DNA from: Eledone cirrhosa
Lineage: Eukaryota
Length of the DNA stretch: 64,000 nt
NCBI GenBank assembly: GCA_964016885.1
Contig: CAXHJY010000046.1
Span: forward strand, 111,373 to 175,372
Direction: 5' to 3'
Below, piece by piece: positions 1 to 15,000 of this stretch (position 1 is the first letter of the stretch; every line of letters starts with the position of its first letter). The translations under genes and the position numbers were made by a program. The notes beneath the pieces are model-generated. The model was not told the origin of the DNA and did not search any database. It saw only the letters and a list, made by a program, of their open reading frames with translations.

Positions 1-3000
1 ACTCTCTAATGGTACGGGCAATCATGGTCTAGAGACTCTCTAATGATACTGCCAATTATGGTCTTAGACTCTCTAATGATACTGCCAATCATGGTCTCAG
101 ACTCTCTAATGATACTGCCAATCATGGTCTAGAGACTCTCTAATGATACTGCCAATCATGGTCTCAGACTCTCTAATAATACTGCCAGTCATGGTCTTAG
201 ACTCTCTAATGATACTGCCAATCATGGTCTCAGACTCTCTAATGGTACGGGCAATCATGGTCTAGAGACTCTCTAATGATACTGCCAATTATGGTCTTAG
301 ACTCTCTAATGATACTGCCAATCATGGTCTCAGACTCTCTAATGATAGTGCCAACCATGGTCTTATACTCTCTAATGATACTGCCAATCATGGTCTCAGA
401 CTCTCTAATGATACTGCCAATCATGGTCTCAGACTCTCTAATGGTACTGCCAATCCTGATCTCAGACTCTCTAATGATACTGCCAATCATGGTCTCAGAC
501 TCTCTAATGATACTGCCAATGATCGTCTCAGACTCTCTAATGGTACTGCCAATCATGGTCTCAGACTCTCTAATGATACTGCCAATCATGGTCTCAGACT
601 CTCTAATGGTACTGCCAATCATGGTCTAGAGACTCTCTAATGGTACTGCCAATCATGGTCTCAGACTCTCTAATGATACTGCCAATCATGGTCTCAGGCT
701 CTCTAATGATTCTGCCAATCATGGTCTCAGACTCTCTAATGGTACTGCCAATCATGATCTAGAGACTCTCTAATGATACTGCCAATCATGGTCTTAGACT
801 CTCTAATGATACTGCCAATCATGGTCTCAGACTCTCTAATGATACTGTCAATCATTGTCTCAGACTCTCTAATGGTACTGCAAATCATGGTATCAGACTC
901 TCTAATGGTACTGCCAATCCTGATCTCAGACTCTCTAATGATACTGCCAATGATCGTGTCAGACTCTCTAATGGTACTGCCAATCATTGACTCAGACTCT
1001 CTAATGATACTACCAATCATGGTCTCAGACTCTCTAATGATACTGCCAATGATCGTGTCAGACTCTCTAATGGTACTGCCAATCATTGACTCAGACTCTC
1101 TAATGATACTGCCAATCATGGTCTCAGACTCTCTAATGATACTGCCAATAATGGTCTCAGACTCTCTAATGATACTGCCAATCATGGTCTAGAGACTCTG
1201 TAATGATACTGCCAATCATTGTCTCAGACTCTCTAATGATACTGCCAATCATGGTCTTATACTCTCTAATGATACTGCCAATCATGGTCTCAGACTCTCT
1301 AATGATACTGCCAATCATGGGCTCAGACTCTCTAATGGTACTGCCAATCCTGATCTCAGACTCTCTAATGATGCTGCCAATAATGGTCTCAGACTCTCTA
1401 ATGATACTGCCAATCATGGTCTTAGACTCTCTAATGATATATGCCAATCATGGTCTCAGACTCTCTAATGGTACTGCCAATCATGATCTCAGACTCTCTA
1501 ATGATACTGCCAATCATGGTCTCAGACTCTCTAATTATACTGCCAATCATGGTCTCAGACTCTCTAATGATACTGCCAATCTTGGTCTAGAGACTCTCTA
1601 ATGATACTGCCAATCATGGTCTTAGACTAGCTATAGATACTGCCAATCATGGTCTCAGACTCTCTAATGGTACGGGCAATCATGGTCTAGAGACTCTCTA
1701 ATGATACTGCCAATCATGGTCTTAGACTCGCTATAGATACTGCCAATCATGGTCTCAGACTCTCTAATGATACTGCCAATCATGGTCTCAGACTCTCTAA
1801 TGATACTGCCAATTATGGTCTTAGACTCTCTAATGATACTGCCAATCATGGTCTAGAGACTCTCTAATGATACTGCCAATCATGGTCTTAGACTCTCTAA
1901 TTGTACTGCCAATCATGGTCTCAGACTCTCTAATGGTACTGCCAGTATGGTCTCAGACTCTCTAATGATACTGCCAATCATAGTCTCAGACTCTCTAATG
2001 ATATATGCCAATCATGGTCTCTGACTCTCTAATGATACTGCCAATCATGGTCTCAGACTCTCTAAAGGTACTGCAAATCATGGTCTCAGACTCTCTAATG
2101 ATACTACCAATCATGGTCTCAGACTCTCTAATGATACTGCCATAGATCGTCTCAGACTCTCTAATGGTACTGCCAATCATGGTCTCAGCCTCTCTAATGA
2201 TACTGCCAATCATGGTCTCAGACTCTGTAATGATACTGCCAATCATGGTCTCAGACTCTCTAATGGTACTGCCGGTCATAGTCTAGAGACTCTCTAATGA
2301 TACTGCCAATCATGGTCTTAGACTCTCTAATGATACTGCAAATCATGTTCTCAGACTCTCTAATGGTGCAGAAAATCATGGTCTAGAGACTCTCTAATGA
2401 TACTGCCAATCATGGTCTTAGACTCTCTAATGATACTGCCAATCATGGTCTCAGACTCTCTAATGGTACTGCCAATCATGGTCTAGAGACTCTCTAATGA
2501 TACTGCCAAACATGGTCTTAGACTCTCTAATGGTACTGCCAATCATGGTCTCAGCCTCTCTAATGATACTGCCAATCATGGTCTCAGACTATCTAATGAT
2601 ACTGCCAATCATGGTCTCAGACTCTCTAATGGTACTGCCGGTCATAGTCTAGAGACTCTCTGATGATACTGCCAATCATGGTCTCAGCCTCTCTAATGAT
2701 ACTGCCAATCATGGTCTTAGACTCTCTAATGATACTGCCAATCATGGTCTCAGGCTCTCTAATGGTACTGCCAATCATGGTCTAGAGAGTCTCTAATGAT
2801 ACTGCCAATCATGGTCTTAGACTCTCTAATGTTACTGCCAATCATGGTCTCAGACTCTCTAATGATACTGCAAATCATGGTATCAGACTCTCTAATGGTA
2901 ATGCAAATCATGGTATCTGACTCTCTAATGATACTACCAATCATGGTCTCAGACTCTCTAATGATACTGCCAATGATCGTCTCAGACTCTCTAATGGTAC

Positions 3001-6000
3001 TGCCAATCATGGTCTCAGAGTCTCTAATGATACTGCCAATCATGGTCTCAGACTCTCTAATGATACTGCCAATCATGGTCTAGAGACTCTCTAATGATAC
3101 TGCCAATATGGTCTCAGACTCTCTAATAATACTGCCAGTCATGGTCTTAGACTCTCTAATGATACTGCCAATCATGGTCTCAGACTCTCTAATGGTACGG
3201 GCAATCATGGTCTAGAGACTCTCTAATGATACTGCCAATTATGGTCTTAGACTCTCTAATGATACTGCCAATCATGGTCTCAGACTCTCTAATGATACTG
3301 CCAATCATGGTCTAGAGACTCTCTAATGATACTGCCAATCATGGTCTCAGACTCTCTAATAATACTGCCAGTCATGGTCTTAGACTCTCTAATGATACTG
3401 CCAATCATGGTCTCAGACTCTCTAATGGTACGGGCAATCATGGTCTAGAGACTCTCTAATGATACTGCCAATTATGGTCTTAGACTCTCTAATGATACTG
3501 CCAATCATGGTCTCAGACTCTCTAATGATACAGCCAATCATGGTCTAGAGACTCTCTAATGATACTGCCAATATGGTCTCAGACTCTCTAATAATACTGC
3601 CAGTCATGGTCTTAGACTCTCTAATGATACTGCCAATCATGGTCTCAGACTCTCTAATGGTACGGGCAATCATGGCCTAGAGACTCTCTAATGATACTGC
3701 CAATTATGGTCTTAGACTCTCTAATGATACTGCCAATTATGGTCTTAGACTCTCTAATGATACTGCCAATCATGGTCTTAGACTCTCTAATGATACTGCC
3801 AATCATGGTCTAGAGACTCTCTAATGATACTGCCAATATGGTCTCAGACTCTCTAATAATACTGCCAGTCATGTCTTAGACTCTCTAATGATACTGCCAA
3901 TCATGGTCTCAGACTCTCTAATGGTACTGCCAATCATGGTCTAGAGACTCTCTGATGATACTGCCAAACATGGTCTTAGACTCTCTAATGATACTGCCAA
4001 TCATGGTCTCAGACTCTCTAATGATACTGCCAATCATGGTCTAGAGACTCTGAAATGTTACTGCCAATCATGGTCTCAGACTCTCTAATGATACTGCCAA
4101 TCATGGTCTTATACTCTCTAATGATACTGCCAATCATGGTCTCAGACTCTCTAATGATACTGCCAATCATGGTCTCAGACTCTCTAATGGTACTGCCAAT
4201 CCTGATCTCAGACTCTCTAATGATACTGCCAATAATGGTCTCAGACTCTCTAATGATACTGCCAATCATGGTCTCAGACTCTCTAATGATACTGCCAATC
4301 ATGGTCTCAGACTCTCTAATGGTACTGCCAATCATGATCTCAGACTCTCTAATGATACTGCCAATCATGGTCTCAGACTCTCTAATGATACTGCCAATCA
4401 TGGTCTCAGACTCTCTAATGGTACTGCCAATCATGGTCTCAGACTCTCTCATGATACTGCCAATCATGGTCTCAGACTCTCTCATGATACTGCCAATCAT
4501 GGTCTCAGACTCTCTAATGATACTGCCAATCATGGTCTCAGACTCTCTAAAGGTACTGCCAATAATGGTCTAGAGACTCTCTAATGATACTGCCAATCAT
4601 GGTCTTAGACTCTCTAATGGGACTGCCAATCATAGTCTCAGACTCTCTAATGGTACTGCCAATATGGTCTCAGACTCTCTAATGATACTGCCAATCATGG
4701 TCTCAGACTCTCTAATGATATATGCCAATCATGGTCTCTGACTCTCTAATGATACTGCCAATCATGGTCTCAGACTCTTTTATGGTACTGCAAATCATGG
4801 TCTAGAGACTCTCTAATGATACTGCCAATCATGGTCTTAGACTCTCTAATTGTACTGCCAATCATGGTCTCAGACTCTCTAATGGTACTGCCAATCATGG
4901 TCTCTGACTCTCTAAAGGTACTGCAAATCATAGTCTCAGACTCTCTAATGATACTACCAATCATGGTCTCAGACTCTCTAATGATACTGCCATAGATCGT
5001 CTCAGACTCTCTAATGATACTGCCAATCATGGTCTCAGACTCTCTAATGATCCTGCAAATCATGGTCTCAGACTCTCTAATGATACTGCCAATCATGGTC
5101 TCAGACTCTCTAATGGTACTGCCGGTCATAGTCTAGAGACTCTCTAATGATACTGCCAATCATGGCCTTAGACTCTCTAATGATACTGCCAATCATGGTC
5201 TCAGATTCTCTAATGGTGCAGAAAATCATGGTCTAGAGACTCTCTAATGATACTGCCAAACATGGTCTTAGACTCTCTAATGATACTGCCAATCATGGTC
5301 TCAGACTCTCTAATGGTACTGCCAATCATGGTCTAGAGAGTCTCTAATGATACTGCCAATCATGGTCTTAGACTCTCTAATGATACTGCCAATCATGGTC
5401 TCAGACTCTCTAATGATGCTGCCAATCATGGTCTCAGACTCTCTAATGGTACTGCAAATCATGGTATCAGACTCTCTAATGATACTACAAATCATGGTCT
5501 CAGACTCTCTAATGATACGGCCAATGATCGTCTCAGCTCTCTAATGGTACTGCCAATCATGGTCTCAGACTCTCTAATGATACTGCCAATCATGGTCTCA
5601 GACTCTCTAATGATACTGCCAATCATGGTCTCAGACTCTCTAATGATACTGCCAATCATGGTCTAGAGACTCTCTAATGATACTGCCAATATGGTCTCAG
5701 ACTCTCTAATAATACTGCCAATCATGGTCTTAGACTCTCTAATGATACTGCCAATCATGGTCTCAGACTCTTTAATGGTACTAGCAATCATGGCCTAGAG
5801 ACTCTCTAATGATACTGCCAATTATGGTCTTAGACTCTCTAATGATACTGCCAATCATGGTCTCAGACTCTCTAATGGTACTGCCAATCATGGTCTGAGA
5901 CTCTCTAATGGTACTGCCAATATGGTCTCATACTCTCTCATGATACTGCCAATTATGGTCTCAGACTCTCTACTGATACTGCCAATTATGGTCTCAGACT

Positions 6001-9000
6001 CTCTAATGGTACTGCAAATCATGGTATCAGACTCTCTAATGGTACTGCAAATCATGATATCAGACTCTCTAATGATACTACCAAACATGGTCTCAGACTT
6101 TCTAATGATACTGCCAATGATCGTGTCAGACTCTCTAATGGTACTGCCAATCATTGTCTCAGACTCTCTAATGATACTGCCAATCATGGTCTCAGACTCT
6201 CTAATGATACAGGCAATCATGGTCTAGAGACTCTGTAATGATACTGCCAATCATGGTCTCAGACTCTCTAATGATACTGCCAATCATGGTGTTAGACTCT
6301 CTAATGATACTGCCAATCATGGTCTCAGACTCTCTAATGATACTGCCAATCATGGGCTCAGACTCTCTAATGGTACTGCCAATCCTGATCTCAGACTCTC
6401 TAATGATGCTGCCAATAATGGTCTCAGACTCTCTAATGATACTGCCAATCATGGTCTTAGACTCTCTAATGATATATGCCAATCATGGTCTCAGACTCTC
6501 TAATGGTACTGCCAATCATGATCTCAGACTCTCTAATGATACTGCCAATCATGGTCTCAGACTCTCTAATTATACTGCCAATCATGGTCTCAGACTCTCT
6601 AATGATACTGCCAATCTTGGTCTAGAGACTCTCTAATGATACTGCCAATCATGGTCTTAGACTAGCTATAGATACTGCCAATCATGGTCTCAAACTCTCT
6701 AATGGTACGGGCAATCATGGTCTAGAGACTCTCTAATGATACTGCCAATCATGGTCTTAGACTCGCTATAGATACTGCCAATCATGGTCTCAGACTCTCT
6801 AATGATACTGCCAATCATGGTCTCAGACTCTCTAATGATACTGCCAATTATGGTCTTAGACTCTCTAATGATACTGCCAATCATGGTCTAGAGACTCTCT
6901 AATGATACTGCCAATCATGGTCTTAGACTCTCTAATTGTACTGCCAATCATGGTCTCAGACTCTCTAATGGTACTGCCAGTATGGTCTCAGACTCTCTAA
7001 TGATACTGCCAATCATAGTCTCAGACTCTCTAATGATATATGCCAATCATGGTCTCTGACTCTCTAATGATAATGCCAATCATGGTCTCAGACTCTCTAA
7101 TGATCCTGCAAATCATGGTCTCAGACTCTCTAATGATACTGCCAATCATGGTCTCAGACTCTCTAATGGTACTGCCGGTCATAGTCTAGAGACTCTCTAA
7201 TGATACTGCCAATCATGGCCTTAGACTCTCTAATGATACTGCCAATCATGGTCTCAGATTCTCTAATGGTGCAGAAAATCATGGTCTAGAGACTCTCTAA
7301 TGATACTGCCAAACATGGTCTTAGACTCTCTAATGATACTGCCAATCATGGTCTCAGACTCTCTAATGGTACTGCCAATCATGGTCTAGAGAGTCTCTAA
7401 TGATACTGCCAATCATGGTCTTAGACTCTCTAATGATACTGCCAATCATGGTCTCAGACTCTCTAATGATGCTGCCAATCATGGTCTCAGACTCTCTAAT
7501 GGTACTGCAAATCATGGTATCAGACTCTCTAATGATACTACAAATCATGGTCTCAGACTCTCTAATGATACGGCCAATGATCGTCTCAGCTCTCTAATGG
7601 TACTGCCAATCATGGTCTCAGACTCTCTAATGATACTGCCAATCATGGTCTCAGACTCTCTAATGATACTGCCAATCATGGTCTCAGACTCTCTAATGAT
7701 ACTGCCAATCATGGTCTAGAGACTCTCTAATGATACTGCCAATATGGTCTCAGACTCTCTAATAATACTGCCAATCATGGTCTTAGACTCTCTAATGATA
7801 CTGCCAATCATGGTCTCAGACTCTTTAATGGTACTAGCAATCATGGCCTAGAGACTCTCTAATGATACTGCCAATTATGGTCTTAGACTCTCTAATGATA
7901 CTGCCAATCATGGTCTCAGACTCTCTAATGGTACTGCCAATCATGGTCTGAGACTCTCTAATGGTACTGCCAATATGGTCTCATACTCTCTCATGATACT
8001 GCCAATTATGGTCTCAGACTCTCTACTGATACTGCCAATTATGGTCTCAGACTCTCTAATGGTACTGCAAATCATGGTATCAGACTCTCTAATGGTACTG
8101 CAAATCATGATATCAGACTCTCTAATGATACTACCAAACATGGTCTCAGACTTTCTAATGATACTGCCAATGATCGTGTCAGACTCTCTAATGGTACTGC
8201 CAATCATTGTCTCAGACTCTCTAATGATACTGCCAATCATGGTCTCAGACTCTCTAATGATACAGGCAATCATGGTCTAGAGACTCTGTAATGATACTGC
8301 CAATCATGGTCTCAGACTCTCTAATGATACTGCCAATCATGGTGTTAGACTCTCTAATGATACTGCCAATCATGGTCTCAGACTCTCTAATGATACTGCC
8401 AATCATGGGCTCAGACTCTCTAATGGTACTGCCAATCCTGATCTCAGACTCTCTAATGATGCTGCCAATAATGGTCTCAGACTCTCTAATGATACTGCCA
8501 ATCATGGTCTTAGACTCTCTAATGATATATGCCAATCATGGTCTCAGACTCTCTAATGGTACTGCCAATCATGATCTCAGACTCTCTAATGATACTGCCA
8601 ATCATGGTCTCAGACTCTCTAATTATACTGCCAATCATGGTCTCAGACTCTCTAATGATACTGCCAATCTTGGTCTAGAGACTCTCTAATGATACTGCCA
8701 ATCATGGTCTTAGACTCGCTATAGATACTGCCAATCATGGACTCAGACTCTCTAATGATACTGCCAATCATGGTCTCAGACTCTCTAATGATACTGCCAA
8801 TTATGGTCTTAGACTCTCTAATGATACTGCCAATCATGGTCTAGAGACTCTCTAATGATACTGCCAATCATGGTCTTAGACTCTCTAATTGTACTGCCAA
8901 TCATGGTCTCAGACTCTCTAATGGTACTGCCAGTATGGTCTCAGACTCTCTAATGATACTGCCAATCATAGTCTCAGACTCTCTAATGATATATGCCAAT

Positions 9001-12000
9001 CATGGTCTCTGACTCTCTAATGATAATGCCAATCATGGTCTCAGACTCTCTAAAGGTACTGCAAATCATGGTCTCAGACTCTCTAATGATACTACCAATC
9101 ATGGTCTCAGACTCTCTAATGATACTGCCATAGATCGTCTCAGACTCTCTAATGGTACTGCCAATCATGGTCTCAGCCTCTCTAATGATACTGCCAATCA
9201 TGGTCTCAGACTCTGTAATGATACTGCCAATCATGGTCTCAGACTCTCTAATGGTACTGCCGGTCATAGTCTAGAGACTCTCTAATGATACTGCCAATCA
9301 TGGTCTTAGACTCTCTAATGATACTGCAAATCATGTTCTCAGACTCTCTAATGGTGCAGAAAATCATGGTCTAGAGACTCTCTAATGATACTGCCAATCA
9401 TGGTCTTAGACTCTCTAATGATACTGCCAATCATGGTCTCAGACTCTCTAATGGTACTGCCAATCATGGTCTAGAGACTCTCTAATGATACTGCCAAACA
9501 TGGTCTTAGACTCTCTAATGGTACTGCCAATCATGGTCTCAGCCTCTCTAATGATACTGCCAATCATGGTCTCAGACTCTCTAATGATACTGCCAATCAT
9601 GGTCTCAGACTCTCTAATGGTACTGCCGGTCATAGTCTAGAGACTCTCTAATGATACTGCCAATCATGGTCTCAGCCTCTCTAATGATACTGCCAATCAT
9701 GGTCTTAGACTCTCTAATGATACTGCCAATCATGGTCTCAGGCTCTCTAATGGTACTGCCAATCATGGTCTAGAGAGTCTCTAATGATACTGCCAATCAT
9801 GGTCTTAGACTCTCTAATGTTACTGCCAATCATGGTCTCAGACTCTCTAATGATACTGCAAATCATGGTATCAGACCCTCTAATGGTAATGCAAATCATG
9901 GTATCTGACTCTCTAATGATACTACCAATCATGGTCTCAGACTCTCTAATGATACTGCCAATGATCGTCTCATACTCTCTAATGATACTGCCAATGATCG
10001 TCTCATACTCTCTAATGGTACTGCCAATCATGGTCTCAGACTCTCTAATGATACTGCCAATCATGGTCTCAGACTCTCTAATGGTACTGCCGGTCATAGT
10101 CTAGAGACTCTCTAATGATACTGCCAATCATGGCCTTAGACTCTCTAATGATACTGCCAATCATGGTCTCAGATTCTCTAATGGTGCAGAAAATCATGGT
10201 CTAGAGACTCTCTAATGATACTGCCAAACATGGTCTTAGACTCTCTAATGATACTGCCAATCATGGTCTCAGACTCTCTAATGGTACTGCCAATCATGGT
10301 CTAGAGAGTCTCTAATGATACTGCCAATCATGGTCTTAGACTCTCTAATGATACTGCCAATCATGGTCTCAGACTCTCTAATGATGCTGCCAATCATGGT
10401 CTCAGACTCTCTAATGGTACTGCAAATCATGGTATCAGACTCTCTAATGATACTACAAATCATGGTCTCAGACTCTCTAATGATACGGCCAATGATCGTC
10501 TCAGCTCTCTAATGGTACTGCCAATCATGGTCTCAGACTCTCTAATGATACTGCCAATCATGGTCTCAGACTCTCTAATGATACTGCCAATCATGGTCTC
10601 AGACTCTCTAATGATACTGCCAATCATGGTCTAGAGACTCTCTAATGATACTGCCAATATGGTCTCAGACTCTCTAATAATACTGCCAATCATGGTCTTA
10701 GACTCTCTAATGATACTGCCAATCATGGTCTCAGACTCTTTAATGGTACTAGCAATCATGGCCTAGAGACTCTCTAATGATACTGCCAATTATGGTCTTA
10801 GACTCTCTAATGATACTGCCAATCATGGTCTCAGACTCTCTAATGGTACTGCCAATCATGGTCTGAGACTCTCTAATGGTACTGCCAATATGGTCTCATA
10901 CTCTCTCATGATACTGCCAATTATGGTCTCAGACTCTCTACTGATACTGCCAATTATGGTCTCAGACTCTCTAATGGTACTGCAAATCATGGTATCAGAC
11001 TCTCTAATGGTACTGCAAATCATGATATCAGACTCTCTAATGATACTACCAAACATGGTCTCAGACTTTCTAATGATACTGCCAATGATCGTGTCAGACT
11101 CTCTAATGGTACTGCCAATCATTGTCTCAGACTCTCTAATGATACTGCCAATCATGGTCTCAGACTCTCTAATGATACAGGCAATCATGGTCTAGAGACT
11201 CTGTAATGATACTGCCAATCATGGTCTCAGACTCTCTAATGATACTGCCAATCATGGTGTTAGACTCTCTAATGATACTGCCAATCATGGTCTCAGACTC
11301 TCTAATGATACTGCCAATCATGGGCTCAGACTCTCTAATGGTACTGCCAATCCTGATCTCAGACTCTCTAATGATGCTGCCAATAATGGTCTCAGACTCT
11401 CTAATGATACTGCCAATCATGGTCTTAGACTCTCTAATGATATATGCCAATCATGGTCTCAGACTCTCTAATGGTACTGCCAATCATGATCTCAGACTCT
11501 CTAATGATACTGCCAATCATGGTCTCAGACTCTCTAATTATACTGCCAATCATGGTCTCAGACTCTCTAATGATACTGCCAATCTTGGTCTAGAGACTCT
11601 CTAATGATACTGCCAATCATGGTCTTAGACTAGCTATAGATACTGCCAATCATGGTCTCAAACTCTCTAATGGTACGGGCAATCATGGTCTAGAGACTCT
11701 CTAATGATACTGCCAATCATGGTCTTAGACTCGCTATAGATACTGCCAATCATGGTCTCAGACTCTCTAATGATACTGCCAATCATGGTCTCAGACTCTC
11801 TAATGATACTGCCAATTATGGTCTTAGACTCTCTAATGATACTGCCAATCATGGTCTAGAGACTCTCTAATGATACTGCCAATCATGGTCTTAGACTCTC
11901 TAATTGTACTGCCAATCATGGTCTCAGACTCTCTAATGGTACTGCCAGTATGGTCTCAGACTCTCTAATGATACTGCCAATCATAGTCTCAGACTCTCTA

Positions 12001-15000
12001 ATGATATATGCCAATCATGGTCTCTGACTCTCTAATGATAATGCCAATCATGGTCTCAGACTCTCTAATGATCCTGCAAATCATGGTCTCAGACTCTCTA
12101 ATGATACTGCCAATCATGGTCTCAGACTCTCTAATGGTACTGCCGGTCATAGTCTAGAGACTCTCTAATGATACTGCCAATCATGGCCTTAGACTCTCTA
12201 ATGATACTGCCAATCATGGTCTCAGATTCTCTAATGGTGCAGAAAATCATGGTCTAGAGACTCTCTAATGATACTGCCAAACATGGTCTTAGACTCTCTA
12301 ATGATACTGCCAATCATGGTCTCAGACTCTCTAATGGTACTGCCAATCATGGTCTAGAGAGTCTCTAATGATACTGCCAATCATGGTCTTAGACTCTCTA
12401 ATGATACTGCCAATCATGGTCTCAGACTCTCTAATGATGCTGCCAATCATGGTCTCAGACTCTCTAATGGTACTGCAAATCATGGTATCAGACTCTCTAA
12501 TGATACTACAAATCATGGTCTCAGACTCTCTAATGATACGGCCAATGATCGTCTCAGCTCTCTAATGGTACTGCCAATCATGGTCTCAGACTCTCTAATG
12601 ATACTGCCAATCATGGTCTCAGACTCTCTAATGATACTGCCAATCATGGTCTCAGACTCTCTAATGATACTGCCAATCATGGTCTAGAGACTCTCTAATG
12701 ATACTGCCAATATGGTCTCAGACTCTCTAATAATACTGCCAATCATGGTCTTAGACTCTCTAATGATACTGCCAATCATGGTCTCAGACTCTTTAATGGT
12801 ACTAGCAATCATGGCCTAGAGACTCTCTAATGATACTGCCAATTATGGTCTTAGACTCTCTAATGATACTGCCAATCATGGTCTCAGACTCTCTAATGGT
12901 ACTGCCAATCATGGTCTGAGACTCTCTAATGGTACTGCCAATATGGTCTCATACTCTCTCATGATACTGCCAATTATGGTCTCAGACTCTCTACTGATAC
13001 TGCCAATTATGGTCTCAGACTCTCTAATGGTACTGCAAATCATGGTATCAGACTCTCTAATGGTACTGCAAATCATGATATCAGACTCTCTAATGATACT
13101 ACCAAACATGGTCTCAGACTTTCTAATGATACTGCCAATGATCGTGTCAGACTCTCTAATGGTACTGCCAATCATTGTCTCAGACTCTCTAATGATACTG
13201 CCAATCATGGTCTCAGACTCTCTAATGATACAGGCAATCATGGTCTAGAGACTCTGTAATGATACTGCCAATCATGGTCTCAGACTCTCTAATGATACTG
13301 CCAATCATGGTGTTAGACTCTCTAATGATACTGCCAATCATGGTCTCAGACTCTCTAATGATACTGCCAATCATGGGCTCAGACTCTCTAATGGTACTGC
13401 CAATCCTGATCTCAGACTCTCTAATGATGCTGCCAATAATGGTCTCAGACTCTCTAATGATACTGCCAATCATGGTCTTAGACTCTCTAATGATATATGC
13501 CAATCATGGTCTCAGACTCTCTAATGGTACTGCCAATCATGATCTCAGACTCTCTAATGATACTGCCAATCATGGTCTCAGACTCTCTAATTATACTGCC
13601 AATCATGGTCTCAGACTCTCTAATGATACTGCCAATCTTGGTCTAGAGACTCTCTAATGATACTGCCAATCATGGTCTTAGACTAGCTATAGATACTGCC
13701 AATCATGGTCTCAAACTCTCTAATGGTACGGGCAATCATGGTCTAGAGACTCTCTAATGATACTGCCAATCATGGTCTTAGACTCGCTATAGATACTGCC
13801 AATCATGGTCTCAGACTCTCTAATGATACTGCCAATCATGGTCTCAGACTCTCTAATGATACTGCCAATTATGGTCTTAGACTCTCTAATGATACTGCCA
13901 ATCATGGTCTAGAGACTCTCTAATGATACTGCCAATCATGGTCTTAGACTCTCTAATTGTACTGCCAATCATGGTCTCAGACTCTCTAATGGTACTGCCA
14001 GTATGGTCTCAGACTCTCTAATGATACTGCCAATCATAGTCTCAGACTCTCTAATGATATATGCCAATCATGGTCTCTGACTCTCTAATGATAATGCCAA
14101 TCATGGTCTCAGACTCTCTAAAGGTACTGCAAATCATGGTCTCAGACTCTCTAATGATACTACCAATCATGGTCTCAGACTCTCTAATGATACTGCCATA
14201 GATCGTCTCAGACTCTCTAATGGTACTGCCAATCATGGTCTCAGCCTCTCTAATGATACTGCCAATCATGGTCTCAGACTCTGTAATGATACTGCCAATC
14301 ATGGTCTCAGACTCTCTAATGGTACTGCCGGTCATAGTCTAGAGACTCTCTAATGATACTGCCAATCATGGTCTTAGACTCTCTAATGATACTGCAAATC
14401 ATGTTCTCAGACTCTCTAATGGTGCAGAAAATCATGGTCTAGAGACTCTCTAATGATACTGCCAATCATGGTCTTAGACTCTCTAATGATACTGCCAATC
14501 ATGGTCTCAGACTCTCTAATGGTACTGCCAATCATGGTCTAGAGACTCTCTAATGATACTGCCAAACATGGTCTTAGACTCTCTAATGGTACTGCCAATC
14601 ATGGTCTCAGCCTCTCTAATGATACTGCCAATCATGGTCTCAGACTCTCTAATGATACTGCCAATCATGGTCTCAGACTCTCTAATGGTACTGCCGGTCA
14701 TAGTCTAGAGACTCTCTAATGATACTGCCAATCATGGTCTCAGCCTCTCTAATGATACTGCCAATCATGGTCTTAGACTCTCTAATGATACTGCCAATCA
14801 TGGTCTCAGGCTCTCTAATGGTACTGCCAATCATGGTCTAGAGAGTCTCTAATGATACTGCCAATCATGGTCTTAGACTCTCTAATGTTACTGCCAATCA
14901 TGGTCTCAGACTCTCTAATGATACTGCAAATCATGGTATCAGACCCTCTAATGGTAATGCAAATCATGGTATCTGACTCTCTAATGATACTACCAATCAT